Assembly: GCA_964016885.1 (NCBI GenBank)
Contig: OZ024743.1
Span: 7,068,001 to 7,132,000, forward strand
DNA from: Eledone cirrhosa
Lineage: Eukaryota
Direction: 5' to 3'
Length of the DNA: 64,000 nucleotides
A program made the translations under genes and the position numbers. Under the pieces are notes generated by a model. It did not search any database, was not told the DNA's origin, and saw only the letters and a list, made by a program, of their open reading frames with translations. Positions 24,901 to 37,503 of the stretch are shown here, in pieces (the first letter of the stretch is position 1; the number at the start of each line of letters is the position of its first letter).

Positions 24901-27900
24901 GAGAAGAATGGGAAAGTGTCTTATCTCTTCAATATTTTCAGATTGAATGAATTAGGTTAAAGACAGGGTAGTAAGCCTTAAAGAAGTGCATATAGAGGGG
25001 GGGTAGGAACTGAGGGTCGCATGGTAAATAACTGAGAGAGATACAATAGGATTAGAATACCGCATGGTAAATATCCAAGTTAATACTACATCAGTAAAAT
25101 TAACAATAACGTCATGAAAAACTACTAAGAGAAACCCTCGAAAATTTATCGCTAATACAGCAGGGAAAATTTAACGCTAATACTACATCAGTAAAATTAA
25201 CAATAATAACGTCATGAAAAACTACTAAGAGAAACCCTCGAAAATTTATCGCTAATACAGCAGGGAAAATTTAACGCTAATACAGCAGGTAACATCATAA
25301 TATTAACGACAATATGTAGGCTAAAATACCTTCGTAGATTAGATGGATGGCTGGAAAAATTGGAATCAACTCTAGTGATACATTTTAGCAGAGAAGAATG
25401 GGAAAGTGTCTTATCTCTTCAATATTTTCAGATTGAATGAATTAGGTTAAAGACAGGGTAGTAAGCCTTAAAGAAGTGCATATAGAGGGGGGGTAGGAAC
25501 TGAGGGTCGCATGGTAAATAACTGAGAGAGATACAATAGGATTAGAATACCGCATGGTAAATATCCAAGTTAATACTACATCAGTAAAATTAACAATAAC
25601 GTCATGAAAAACTACTAAGAGAAACCCTCGAAAATTTATCGCTAATACAGCAGGGAAAATTTAACGCTAATACAGCAGGGAACATCATAATATTAACGAC
25701 AATATGTAGGCTAAAATACCTTCGTAGATTAGATGGATGGCTGGAAAAATTGGAATCAACTCTAGTGATACATTTTAGCAGAGAAGAATGGGAAAGTGTC
25801 TTATCTCTTCAATATTTTCAGATTGAATGAATTAGGTTAAAGACAGGGTAGTAAGCCTTAAAGAAGTGCATAGAGAGGGGGGGGGGGTAGGAACTGAGGG
25901 TCGCATGGTAAATAACTGAGAGAGATACAATAGGATTAGAATATACCGCATGGTAAATATCCAAGTTAATACTACATCAGTAAAATTAACAATAACGTCA
26001 TGAAAAACTACTAAGAGAAACCCTCGAAAATTTATCGCTAATACAGCAGGGAAAATTTAACGCTAATACTACATCAGTAAAATTAACAATAATAACGTCA
26101 TGAAAAACTACTAAGAGAAACCCTCGAAAATTTATCGCTAATACAGCAGGGAAATTTAACGCTAATACAGCAGGGAACATCATAATATTAACGACAATAT
26201 GTAGGCTAAAATACCTTCGTAGATTAGATGGATGGCTGGAAAAATTGGAATCAACTCTAGTGATACATTTTAGCAGAGAAGAATGGGAAAGTGTCTTATC
26301 TCTTCAATATTTTCAGATTGAATGAATTAGGTTAAAGACAGGGTAAATATCCAAGTTAATACTACATCAGTAAAATTAACAATAACGTCATGAAAAACTA
26401 CTAAGAGAAACCCTCGAAAATTTATCGCTAATACAGCAGGGAAAATTTAACGCTAATACTACATCAGTAAAATTAACAATAATAACGTCATGAAAAACTA
26501 CTAAGAGAAACCCTCGAAAATTTATCGCTAATACAGCAGAGAAAATTTAACGCTAATACAGCAGGGAACATCATAATATTAACGACAATATGTAGGCTAA
26601 AATACCTTCGTAGATTAGATGGATGGCTGGAAAAATTGGAATCAACTCTAGTGATACATTTTAGCAGAGAAGAATGGGAAAGTGTCTTATCTCTTCAATA
26701 TTTTCAGATTGAATGAATTAGGTTAAAGACAGGGTAGTAAGCCTTAAAGAAGTGCATAGAGAGGGGGGGGGGGGGGTAGGAACTGAGGGTCGCATGGTAA
26801 ATAACTGAGAGAGATACAATAGGATTAGAATACCGCATGGTAAATATCCAAGTTAATACTACATCAGTAAAATTAACAATAACGTCATGAAAAACTACTA
26901 AGAGAAACCCTCGAAAATTTATCGCTAATACAGCAGGGAAAATTTAACGCTAATACTACATCAGTAAAATTAACAATAATAACGTCATGAAAAACTACTA
27001 AGAGAAACCCTCGAAAATTTATCGCTAATACAGCAGGGAAAATTTAACGCTAATACAGCAGGGAACATCATAATATTAACGACAATATGTAGGCTAAAAT
27101 ACCTTCGTAGATTAGATGGATGGCTGGAAAAATTGGAATCAACTCTAGTGATACATTTTAGCAGAGAAGAATGGGAAAGTGTCTTATCTCTTCAATATTT
27201 TCAGATTGAATGAATTAGGTTAAAGACAGGGTAGTAAGCCTTAAAGAAGTGCATAGAGAGGGGGGGGTAGGAACTGAGGGTCGCATGGTAAATAACTGAG
27301 AGAGATACAATAGGATTAGAATATCGCATGGTAAATATCCAAGTTAATACTACATCAGTAAAATTAACAATAATAACGTCATGAAAAACTACTAAGAGAA
27401 ACCCTCGAAAATTTATCGCTAATACAGCAGGGAAAATTTAACGCTAATACAGCAGGGAACATAATAATATTAACGACAATATGTAGGCTAAAATACCTTC
27501 GTAGATTAGATGGATGGCTGGAAAAATTGGAATCAACTCTAGTGATACATTTTAGCAGAGAAGAATGGGAAAGTGTCTTATCTCTTCAATATTTTCAGAT
27601 TGAATGAATTAGGTTAAAGACAGGGTAGTAAGCCTTAAAGAAGTGCATATAGAGGGGGGGTAGGAACTGAGGGTCGCATGGTAAATAACTGAGAGAGATA
27701 CAATAGGATTAGAATACCGCATGGTAAATATCCAAGTTAATACTACATCAGTAAAATTAACAATAACGTCATGAAAAACTACTAAGAGAAACCCTCGAAA
27801 ATTTATCGCTAATACAGCAGGGAAAATTTAACGCTAATACTACATCAGTAAAATTAACAATAATAACGTCATGAAAAACTACTAAGAGAAACCCTCGAAA

Positions 27901-30900
27901 ATTTATCGCTAATACAGCAGGGAAAATTTAACGCTAATACAGCAGGTAACATCATAATATTAACGACAATATGTAGGCTAAAATACCTTCGTAGATTAGA
28001 TGGATGGCTGGAAAAATTGGAATCAACTCTAGTGATACATTTTAGCAGAGAAGAATGGGAAAGTGTCTTATCTCTTCAATATTTTCAGATTGAATGAATT
28101 AGGTTAAAGACAGGGTAGTAAGCCTTAAAGAAGTGCATATAGAGGGGGGGTAGGAACTGAGGGTCGCATGGTAAATAACTGAGAGAGATACAATAGGATT
28201 AGAATACCGCATGGTAAATATCCAAGTTAATACTACATCAGTAAAATTAACAATAACGTCATGAAAAACTACTAAGAGAAACCCTCGAAAATTTATCGCT
28301 AATACAGCAGGGAAAATTTAACGCTAATACAGCAGGGAACATCATAATATTAACGACAATATGTAGGCTAAAATACCTTCGTAGATTAGATGGATGGCTG
28401 GAAAAATTGGAATCAACTCTAGTGATACATTTTAGCAGAGAAGAATGGGAAAGTGTCTTATCTCTTCAATATTTTCAGATTGAATGAATTAGGTTAAAGA
28501 CAGGGTAGTAAGCCTTAAAGAAGTGCATAGAGAGGGGGGGGGGGGGTAGGAACTGAGGGTCGCATGGTAAATAACTGAGAGAGATACAATAGGATTAGAA
28601 TATACCGCATGGTAAATATCCAAGTTAATACTACATCAGTAAAATTAACAATAACGTCATGAAAAACTACTAAGAGAAACCCTCGAAAATTTATCGCTAA
28701 TACAGCAGGGAAAATTTAACGCTAATACTACATCAGTAAAATTAACAATAATAACGTCATGAAAAACTACTAAGAGAAACCCTCGAAAATTTATCGCTAA
28801 TACAGCAGGGAAATTTAACGCTAATACAGCAGGGAACATCATAATATTAACGACAATATGTAGGCTAAAATACCTTCGTAGATTAGATGGATGGCTGGAA
28901 AAATTGGAATCAACTCTAGTGATACATTTTAGCAGAGAAGAATGGGAAAGTGTCTTATCTCTTCAATATTTTCAGATTGAATGAATTAGGTTAAAGACAG
29001 GGTAAATATCCAAGTTAATACTACATCAGTAAAATTAACAATAACGTCATGAAAAACTACTAAGAGAAACCCTCGAAAATTTATCGCTAATACAGCAGGG
29101 AAAATTTAACGCTAATACTACATCAGTAAAATTAACAATAATAACGTCATGAAAAACTACTAAGAGAAACCCTCGAAAATTTATCGCTAATACAGCAGAG
29201 AAAATTTAACGCTAATACAGCAGGGAACATCATAATATTAACGACAATATGTAGGCTAAAATACCTTCGTAGATTAGATGGATGGCTGGAAAAATTGGAA
29301 TCAACTCTAGTGATACATTTTAGCAGAGAAGAATGGGAAAGTGTCTTATCTCTTCAATATTTTCAGATTGAATGAATTAGGTTAAAGACAGGGTAGTAAG
29401 CCTTAAAGAAGTGCATAGAGAGGGGGGGGGTTAGGAACTGAGGGTCGCATGGTAAATAACTGAGAGAGATACAATAGGATTAGAATACCGCATGGTAAAT
29501 ATCCAAGTTAATACTACATCAGTAAAATTAACAATAATAACGTCATGAAAAACTACTAAGAGAAACCCTCGAAAATTTATCGCTAATACAGCAGGGAAAA
29601 TTTAACGCTAATACAGCAGGGAACATCATAATATTAACGACAATATGTAGGCTAAAATACCTTCGTAGATTAGATGGATGGCTGGAAAAATTGGAATCAA
29701 CTCTAGTGATATATTTTAGCAGAGAAGAATGGGAAAGTGTCTTATCTCTTCAATATTTTCAGATTGAATGAATTAGGTTAAAGACAGGGTAGTAAGCCTT
29801 AAAGAAGTGCATAGAGAGAGGGGGGGGGGTAGGAACTGAGGGTCGCATGGTAAATAACTGAGAGAGATACAATAGGATTAGAATACCGCATGGTAAATAT
29901 CCAAGTTAATACTACATCAGTAAAATTAACAATAATAACGTCATGAAAAACTACTAAGAGAAACCCTCGAAAATTTATCGCTAATACAGCAGGGAAAATT
30001 TAACGCTAATACAGCAGGGAACATCATAATATTAACGACAATATGTAGGCTAAAATACCTTCGTAGATTAGATGGATGGCTGGAAAAATTGGAATCAACT
30101 CTAGTGATACATTTTAGCAGAGAAGAATGGGAAAGTGTCTTATCTCTTCAATATTTTCAGATTGAATGAATTAGGTTAAAGACAGGGTAAATATCCAAGT
30201 TAATACTACATCAGTAAAATTAACAATAACGTCATGAAAAACTACTAAGAGAAACCCTCGAAAATTTATCGCTAATACAGCAGGGAAAATTTAACGCTAA
30301 TACTACATCAGTAAAATTAACAATAATAACGTCATGAAAAACTACTAAGAGAAACCCTCGAAAATTTATCGCTAATACAGCAGAGAAAATTTAACGCTAA
30401 TACAGCAGGGAACATCATAATATTAACGACAATATGTAGGCTAAAATACCTTCGTAGATTAGATGGATGGCTGGAAAAATTGGAATCAACTCTAGTGATA
30501 CATTTTAGCAGAGAAGAATGGGAAAGTGTCTTATCACTTCAATATTTTCAGATTGAATGAATTAGGTTAAAGACAGGGTAGTAAGCCTTAAAGAAGTGCA
30601 TAGAGAGGGGGGGGGTAGGAACTGAGGGTCGCTTGGTAAATAACTGAGAGAGATACAATAGGATTAGAATACCGCATGGTAAATATCCAAGTTAATACTA
30701 CATCAGTAAAATTAACAATAACGTCATGAAAAACTACTAAGAGAAACCCTCGAAAATTTATCGCTAATACAGCAGGGAAAATTTAACGCTAATACTACAT
30801 CAGTAAAATTAACAATAATAACGTCATGAAAAACTACTAAGAGAAACCCTCGAAAATTTATCGCTAATACAGCAGGGAAAATTTAACGCTAATACAGCAG

Positions 30901-31379
30901 GGAACATCATAATATTAACGACAATATGTAGGCTAAAATACCTTCGTAGATTAGATGGATGGCTGGAAAAATTGGAATCAACTCTAGTGATACATTTTAG
31001 CAGAGAAGAATGGGAAAGTGTCTTATCTCTTCAATATTTTCAGATTGAATGAATTAGGTTAAAGACAGGGTAGTAAGCCTTAAAGAAGTGCATAGAGAGG
31101 GGGGGGGGTAGGAACTGAGGGTCGCATGGTAAATAACTGAGAGAGATACAATAGGATTAGAATATACCGCATGGTAAATATCCAAGTTAATACTACATCA
31201 GTAAAATTAACAATAACGTCATGAAAAACTACTAAGAGAAACCCTCGAAAATTTATCGCTAATACAGCAGGGAAAATTTAACGCTAATACTACATCAGTA
31301 AAATTAACAATAATAACGTCATGAAAAACTACTAAGAGAAACCCTCGAAAATTTATCGCTAATACAGCAGAGAAAATTT
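12918..31379. repeat. Modular satellite array, ~42 monomers of ~290-500 bp, with ~2.66-kb higher-order repeats
   Basis: Each monomer has 1-2 copies of module A (taatactacatcagtaaaattaac...aaatttaacgc), module B (taatacagcagggaacatc...aagacagggta) and an optional module C (gtaagccttaaag...(G)n...cgcatggta). Monomers are nearly identical. Count of module B made by eye. Confidence 0.98.
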
Positions 31380-31760
31380 GGTATAACATTTACCATAACA
31401 GCTATACAGCTCTGGTAAAGCATGAACAGCACCATCATTGAACAGCACCATCATTGCCAACAGCTACTGGTAAACTACCATAACAGCTTCATCCACAGCT
31501 CTGGTACAACACTTACCATAACAGCTAACATTTAATGCAAAAACAGCAGCTTTGCCCATGTCAGACTTTATCCGTTTTCTGTTAGACCCCGGTGGTCATG
31601 TATAAATAACAAAACAGCTAGTCATTTGACACAGTGGCTCAACACGGCCCTTAGCGCCTCATTTTTTTCTTGCATGCATTCTTTTGTTCAATTTTTCCAT
31701 TGATGTGCTCTCTTTCAGCATTTTTCCGGCCGATACAATTTTATATATCGTCTTGCGACT

Positions 31761-31770
31761 AGATAGAGGG
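31761..31770 (+). other. Polypurine tract
   Basis: AGATAGAGGG lies 3 nt upstream of the 3' LTR start. Confidence 0.7.
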
Positions 31771-31773
31771 TGT

Positions 31774-32230
31774 TGTAGTGACCTACATTCCGAGGGCTCA
31801 TGGATACATTCTCCGTGCGTTGTTTGACTCAATTCAGCCAATCGCCGCCAGCGTAGGAGAATGTATCTCGACTTCCGCCCCAGAGGGAAAATTCCCGCAG
31901 CGATTCATAAATCTTTCTCTTGCTGCTTGGACTCTGAAAGGTCAACACACAGTCATGTAATGGTGAGAATTTCACTTTGGCCTGTCAGCCTCCTTAGGCC
32001 TTGGCACAATACCACATTCACTTCTCAACTCTTAGCAATGTTTGTTCTTACTTTGACATGTCACTCAACTTAACTCTTTGTAATTAGTTGTAAATAAAAC
32101 ATGTAAAAATGTTATCAAAGACTTTACGACTAATTCCACAAACATTCACTTCTCTCTCATTTAACAAAACCCTTACATTTATTGAGTTAACAAAACCACA
32201 CCTTTCCTGTTACAACAAATACACATCATT
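31774..32230 (+). repeat. 3' LTR (last ~45 nt missing)
   Basis: Direct repeat of 7776-8233. Confidence 0.88.
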
Positions 32231-32311
32231 CTTCTTGGTGATATTAATATTATTAACTTTCTGCTTAATATTTTATAAAGAAATTCACTCCAATCTAAAA
32301 AAATATTAGAT

Positions 32312-32540
32312 TTAACCTTTTAGCATTTCAACTGTCCGTATTTGTCCAGAATTCTTTCACTTCTTTCTGTTCAAACTGGCCATAACCGGCCACTCATACT
32401 GACATTAAGGTATTGTTCTTAAAATAAATAACATCATCATCAAAATCTCATAGATTCTGTATTGTTTGAGATAATTATGTGAGATAAAGCCTTTACCATG
32501 AAAATATAATAGTAGAATAATGTAAATGCTAAAGGGTTAA
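32312..32540. mobile_element. piggyBac-like MITE, complete copy
   Basis: TTAA-ccttttagcattt ... aaatgctaaaggg-TTAA terminal inverted repeats. Confidence 0.8.
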
Positions 32541-32657
32541 TGTTTGTGTTCAATAAATAAAAACCGAATTAAGCATACACATTTCTTTTTGAAAATATTG
32601 AATACAGTTATATTTGGCCACATTTTTAATGAAAGAAATAACAAAGATTTATCGTAC

Positions 32658-32719
32658 TTGGCTGCTTCAAATAATGTCTCTGGTCGAATTGCTCCATCCA
32701 AATGAATATGTAGTTCCAC
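32658..32719 (-). CDS. ADA: Adenosine deaminase, coding exon 2 (VELHIHLDGAIRPETLFEAAK)
   Basis: cag acceptor and gt donor, 62 nt. Carries the HxHxDG zinc-binding motif of ADA. Confidence 0.95.
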
Positions 32720-33104
32720 CTGCGGATTATAATAAAAATATGTTACTAAATGTTACAGAACACTTTGGTCAAACATTTGTTTGAGATATATTAAAATATC
32801 AAGTCAGCAATTTAAAAAAAAATTCTCTTATTTCTTCATACAAAAAGAAAGTGTTAAATGACACATAAAAGCCTAAATTAACTTGTAATTCTTTAAATAT
32901 TTTTTCTTATGAAGTACAAAAATATTAATGTAATATTTCATTCATTGTCTGTGTTCCTAGAGAATGCCTCCTTGGCTATACATAACACTACTGACCAAAA
33001 TGTAGTAAGTACAGGTATTTATACCTCCTTTGATTTCTAAATGTGTTTAGATAGTGGTGTAGAGTTTTTCAGTTGGCAGAAGCAAAATGAACTATTATGT
33101 GAGT

Positions 33105-34390
33105 GCAGGTTCAACTGAAAAGTTCACAGGTTGACCATGATACTCTCATGGAATGTGACCAAATGAGGTTTATTTTTCTACATAGTCCACCTTGTGGTCC
33201 ACACATTTCTTCTATCAGAGTTGCAGTGCTTGGATCCCATTGATGAAGAAGCTTTCATCCTGTTAGTCAAAAAAAGTCATTAACAGCAGATATGATGTCA
33301 TTATCACTGTGATATTGGTTCCTAGCCAAGTGTTTTTTCATGTTGGGGAACAGATGATACTCAGATGGGGCAAAATCAGAAGAATAGGGAGGGTGATCAA
33401 CCAGTTCAAAGCCACAATTATGCACAGCAGCCATTGAAACCAAGGACTTGTGTGCTGGAGTATTGTCCTGATGAAAGAAGACCCTTTCGTCAGTTTTCCT
33501 GGTCTTGATAGGCTTTTGTAACTACCTCAACAAATTGGTGTAGTACTCTCCATTGATGGTGTGGCTCTTTTGAAGACAGTCAATAAACACATTGCCTTTT
33601 GTATCCCAAAAAGCTGAAGCCATCACCTTCCCTGCAGATGAAACAACCTTGGTCTTCTCTGGAGCAGGTGGGGAAGTTTGTTTCCACTGCATGGATTGTC
33701 TCTTTGTCTCTGACTCAAAGTGATGAACCTAACATCATCCTGGGTTAGGAAACATTCAAGGAAACCAGCTGGATCTACCTCTGACAATGTCATATTTTCC
33801 TATGATGTGATCAGCCTGGTGCGCTTATGATCAGGTGTCAGAAGATGTGGCACCCACCAAGCAGAAACCTTCGTCATGCCAAGTTCATTGTGCAGAATAT
33901 TCTCGACTCTCTCATAGGATATGCTAATAGCATTGGCTATTTGATCTATAGTCAATCACCTGTCATCCATCACCATGTGGCAAACATAATCAATGTTTTC
34001 CTCAGTGGTGGCAGTCACAGGACGTCCAGACCTTGGGTCATTGTAAAAACTCTCTTTTTCCTTCCTAAATTCAGCTGCTCACTTTTGTACTGTTGATAAA
34101 GCTGGAGCATCGTCCCCTAATGTAGCAACCATATCTGCATGAATGTCTTTGGGGTTTAAACCCTTTTTCTGCAGGTACTTGATAAAACCATAATGCCAAA
34201 TTTTGTCCATTTTCAAGAAAATTTGTTACTAGTTGCTTTTGAAGTCTTCTTTCAACAGCTAGTTGTCAGTTTACCTAGAAAGAAACAATGCAGTTATTAA
34301 TAAGAAGAGGTGAAATTAATGCATGCAAGATTTCCCAGCTCTAGCATCACTCCTTCATAGGCAGCCTATGAACATTTCAGCTCACCCTTA
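33105..34390 (-). mobile_element. Mariner (D,D34D-type) DNA transposon relic
   Basis: Imperfect TIRs (ggttcaactgaaaagttcacagg / cctatgaacatttcagctcaccc-TA) enclose a transposase pseudogene. Confidence 0.85.
33170..34210 (-). pseudogene. Mariner transposase pseudogene
   Basis: MDKIWHYGFIKYLQKKGL...DPRSGRP...HPPYSSDFAPSEYHLFP...DYVEK*, with internal stops. Confidence 0.85.
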
Positions 34391-34429
34391 TAGATTAACA
34401 ATGTGTGTATATATATATATATACATACA

Positions 34430-34920
34430 CTGGAAAGTACAATAACTAGGGTAAGAATGGGATGGAAGAAGTTCAGGGAGCTACTGCCACTGCTAGCTGC
34501 AAAAGGCTTTTCCCTCAAAATGAAAGGTAGACTGTATGATGCGTGTATAAAAACAGCAACGACCGTGACCTCTGGCGTCATGCAGTAATACAGAAGACCT
34601 GACTTCCCACGAGTACAAGCCAAAGCTGAAGCATATAGACTATATGCCCCTACCCCCTCCCACTGTAAAGTGGTCGTGGAGGTGCCACGACAAAAAAGCA
34701 CCCAGCCCACACTGTAAAGTGGACATGGATGCGCCACAGAAAAAAAGCTCCCAGCAGTCACTGTAAATGAGGTTGGTGTTAGGAAGGGCATCCAGCTGTA
34801 GAAATCAAGCCAGCATCAGTTCCCGTATGAGCAAGACAAGGTCAGCCGACTGGACACTGCCCACAACAGGACAACCTGTCTAATCCATGCTAGCCTGGAA
34901 GAACGGACGTAAAATGGTGA
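34430..34920 (+). mobile_element. Internally deleted 3' fragment of the RTE LINE family
   Basis: ESTITRVRMGWKKFRELLPLLAAKGFSLKMKGRLYDACI matches the intact ORF, then the sequence jumps to the ORF end and 3' UTR. Confidence 0.9.
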
Positions 34921-35234
34921 GAGAGAGTAGTGTTATGTTAGTCAACAAGCAGTGAGATAACTCGATTTCTATACTATCTAGTACTGAATAACCACTAGAA
35001 ATTTACCAACCTCAATATTACTCAGGTTACAAATACACTCACTAACATACAGTCACGTTCCTATGTCCACATGCATATCTTTACTATTTATATGTATATT
35101 CAGGGTTATACTAGGGTATAAATCCAGGGTTATACAGGGTTATACAAAGTGAAACATACTACAGTCAGTAGGCACCTCTAACAAAAATACACTCCCGTCC
35201 CACTACCCCCACCCCATCCACACCACCCCTTTCA

Positions 35235-35540
35235 ATGTAAAGTTATGTTGGTACCACAACATCCAGTCCGAAACAAATGAGGTCGTGTAGGTGTCATGAC
35301 ATAAAAATACACAGTCCACGCTGTAATGTGGCCGTGTAGGTAACACAGTAAAAACCTCCCAGTCCACACTGTAAACGTGGTTGGTGTTAGGAAGGGTATC
35401 CAGCCGTAGAAAACCCGCCAGACAGTCCTATGCGAGCAAGACAACCACTCTTGCCTCAAGTGGGAAAACTCCCATCCAAACCCATGCAAGCGTGGAAGAT
35501 GGACGTTAAACGATGATGATGATGATGATGATGATGATGA
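35235..35540 (+). mobile_element. RTE-related short element, subfamily B
   Basis: Near-identical to 6320-6603, with a (GAT)n tail. Confidence 0.8.
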
Positions 35541-36049
35541 TACTAATTAAACTTACTTAGGATAGATAGTTTGGCAATTATCTTTTGAGGTCAATGCATT
35601 TGAATTAAAACTGTGAACTAGCTGTGTCATGTTCTGATAACTATTGGCCTAGTGGACTTTAGAAGTCTTTTATTGCTCTGCCCACATTCCACCAACTTTC
35701 CACACCCCAAACAACCCATATTTGCTAACTATTTTCTTTCAGTCTATACCTCAACTCTATCATAAACTTTCATGTTTTATGCTCTTTGTTAATATACATA
35801 CACATGCACGCACGCACGCACACACACACACACCATATATATATATTCGTGAGTGAATAATAATAATATTATTAATATCCGGTTCCTTTGCAAGCAAACA
35901 GCCTCATAACACCATGTATTTTTTCCAGATGACTGACATCGTCCTTTTGTTCCAAATGAACCGAATAATAATATTATGATCTCATCAATACATTTAGGTA
36001 TCCACCATGTTAGAGCGAAAACAAATTTTGTTTTTAATAATAATAATAA

Positions 36050-36517
36050 AAACCACAGATGACTGGATGATGAAAATGGTCGCAGTTCATGAAGGGAGGA
36101 AGAGGTTACATTCAGTCACAAAGGAAGATAGGAAGTTTGCGGAAGAACTGGGAATGCATTTTGAAAATAATAATGGCAATTCTGCAATTAAAGCCGCAAA
36201 GAATATCAAAGTTTTAGTAAAACATGAAGGCCAACAGAGACTGTGCACTAAATGGGAGCAAAACCAGTGTATGGGCAGTATGTTCTCCGTAGTAAAGAAC
36301 CTGATATAGATCAAGCTCTCACCCATCGGTGGCTGCAGAGTTCTGGGTTAAAGGCAGAGAGTGAAAGTTATATTTTGGCTGCACAAGACCAGTGTCTCCC
36401 AGCATGCAACTTTCAAGCCAATGTGATCAGAAATGGAACTGACCAAAAGTGTTGATTCTGTGATGAGCATGTTGAAACCATTGACCACCTGGTTTCATGC
36501 TGCAAGGTATTAGCTGG
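36050..36517 (+). mobile_element. R4/R2-group (RLE-type) LINE fragment, first half
   Basis: KPVYGQY...WLQSSGLKAESESYILAAQDQCL...KC*FCDEHVETIDHLVSCC, a CCHC knuckle of RLE-bearing LINEs. Confidence 0.8.
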
Positions 36518-37108
36518 TGTAACGTGAAATTTCCAACCTCCGAATGGATTTTCTCACAGGAAGAGTGCTGCAAAAATAAATTCTCTGGCTTGTTCTGCTG
36601 GTTTTGGATGTTGATGAAGCTGTGTTGCTGTTGATGTTGTTGTCTCGCGGGGTGAACGTATTCGATGTTTAAATTCACAGTAAAAAAATGAGTTGCGCAA
36701 AGTGCTAGAAATAACAGCCGAAGTTTATGGTCGATGTTGAGAATGCGTTGACCTGGAAGGGTCAAGAGGCCAGCGACCAAAGAAATAAGGATTCTGAATA
36801 AATGCGCAGTTTTCAACGGCAAATTTACGTGGTAAATTTTTAAACCGGCAAATAGGAGAATATAGCTTAAGGCTGGAGAATCCTTGGCGAGAAACGTTAT
36901 CTCATGGCGTGTGGCTATCTCAGTGAATCGAGAATTGTGCAGCCTACACGTGCCAATACAAGGTTAAGTTGAAAAAAAAATATTTCTATTGCGCGAGAAA
37001 ATGGCGCGAAAATGATAGTGCAACAGGTCGTTGGCAGCCATTTTGAAAAAATGTGTGTGAAAGTGACAATATGATGAAAAAGAAAGAAAGGCTTCACTTA
37101 GTATAACA
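36518..37108. mobile_element. Putative solo LTR
   Basis: Begins TGTAAC exactly at the break in the LINE fragment and ends ATAACA, followed by aataTGGCGAG (PBS-like). CpG-rich and non-coding. No second copy in the window. Confidence 0.35.
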
Positions 37109-37503
37109 AATATGGCGAGTTCAATTTTTTTTTTTTTATTTGGTGTGAACTTTGAAAAAAACTTGAACGATGAAGAAAACGATGAAAATAAAAAGGCAAT
37201 AGTTGAGATTCATCGAAAATAAATGTTCCTGTTGAAATGTTTAAAAAAAAAAAATCAAATTTCTTTTTTTTTTGTTTGTTTTTAAAGTGTTCGTTGTAAG
37301 AAACGAGAAACATATATATATATACACAGTGAACTGCGACAGTTAGTGGATGCGTGAGGGAAAAAGAGTCTGTTTGAACGAAAATTTCACATGTGCATGT
37401 GTGTGTTTCTTTGACTGCGTATTTTCATAGTTTGTCAATAAAATTTGCTGTGTATTCGTAATGTTACTCACACAACTCCAGATTCTGCTATTTTTTTCTT
37501 TTT

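Larger units (their letters stand above)
7776..32230 (+). mobile_element. Non-autonomous or degenerate LTR retrotransposon with a 22-kb nested insertion
   Basis: Two ~460-500 bp direct repeats starting TGTAG (7776, 31774), with about a dozen differences. PBS directly after the first repeat, PPT directly before the second. No pol ORF in the ~1.4 kb of residual internal sequence. Confidence 0.85.

Noticed and set aside
12918-31379. Satellite as a CRISPR-like array, tandem ribozyme array or coding repeat
   Set aside because: There are no unique spacers, I found no CUGANGA/GAAA hammerhead core in the monomer on either strand, and the short ORFs (23870, 25998, 28657) arise from single-copy point variants.
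9237-31413. cagctatacagctct on both sides of the 22-kb block as a 15-bp TSD
   Set aside because: The right copy is 19 nt away from the array end and belongs to a pre-existing short repeat in the LTR element's interior. A TSD-less join explains the sequence more simply, though a TSD plus filler is not fully excluded.
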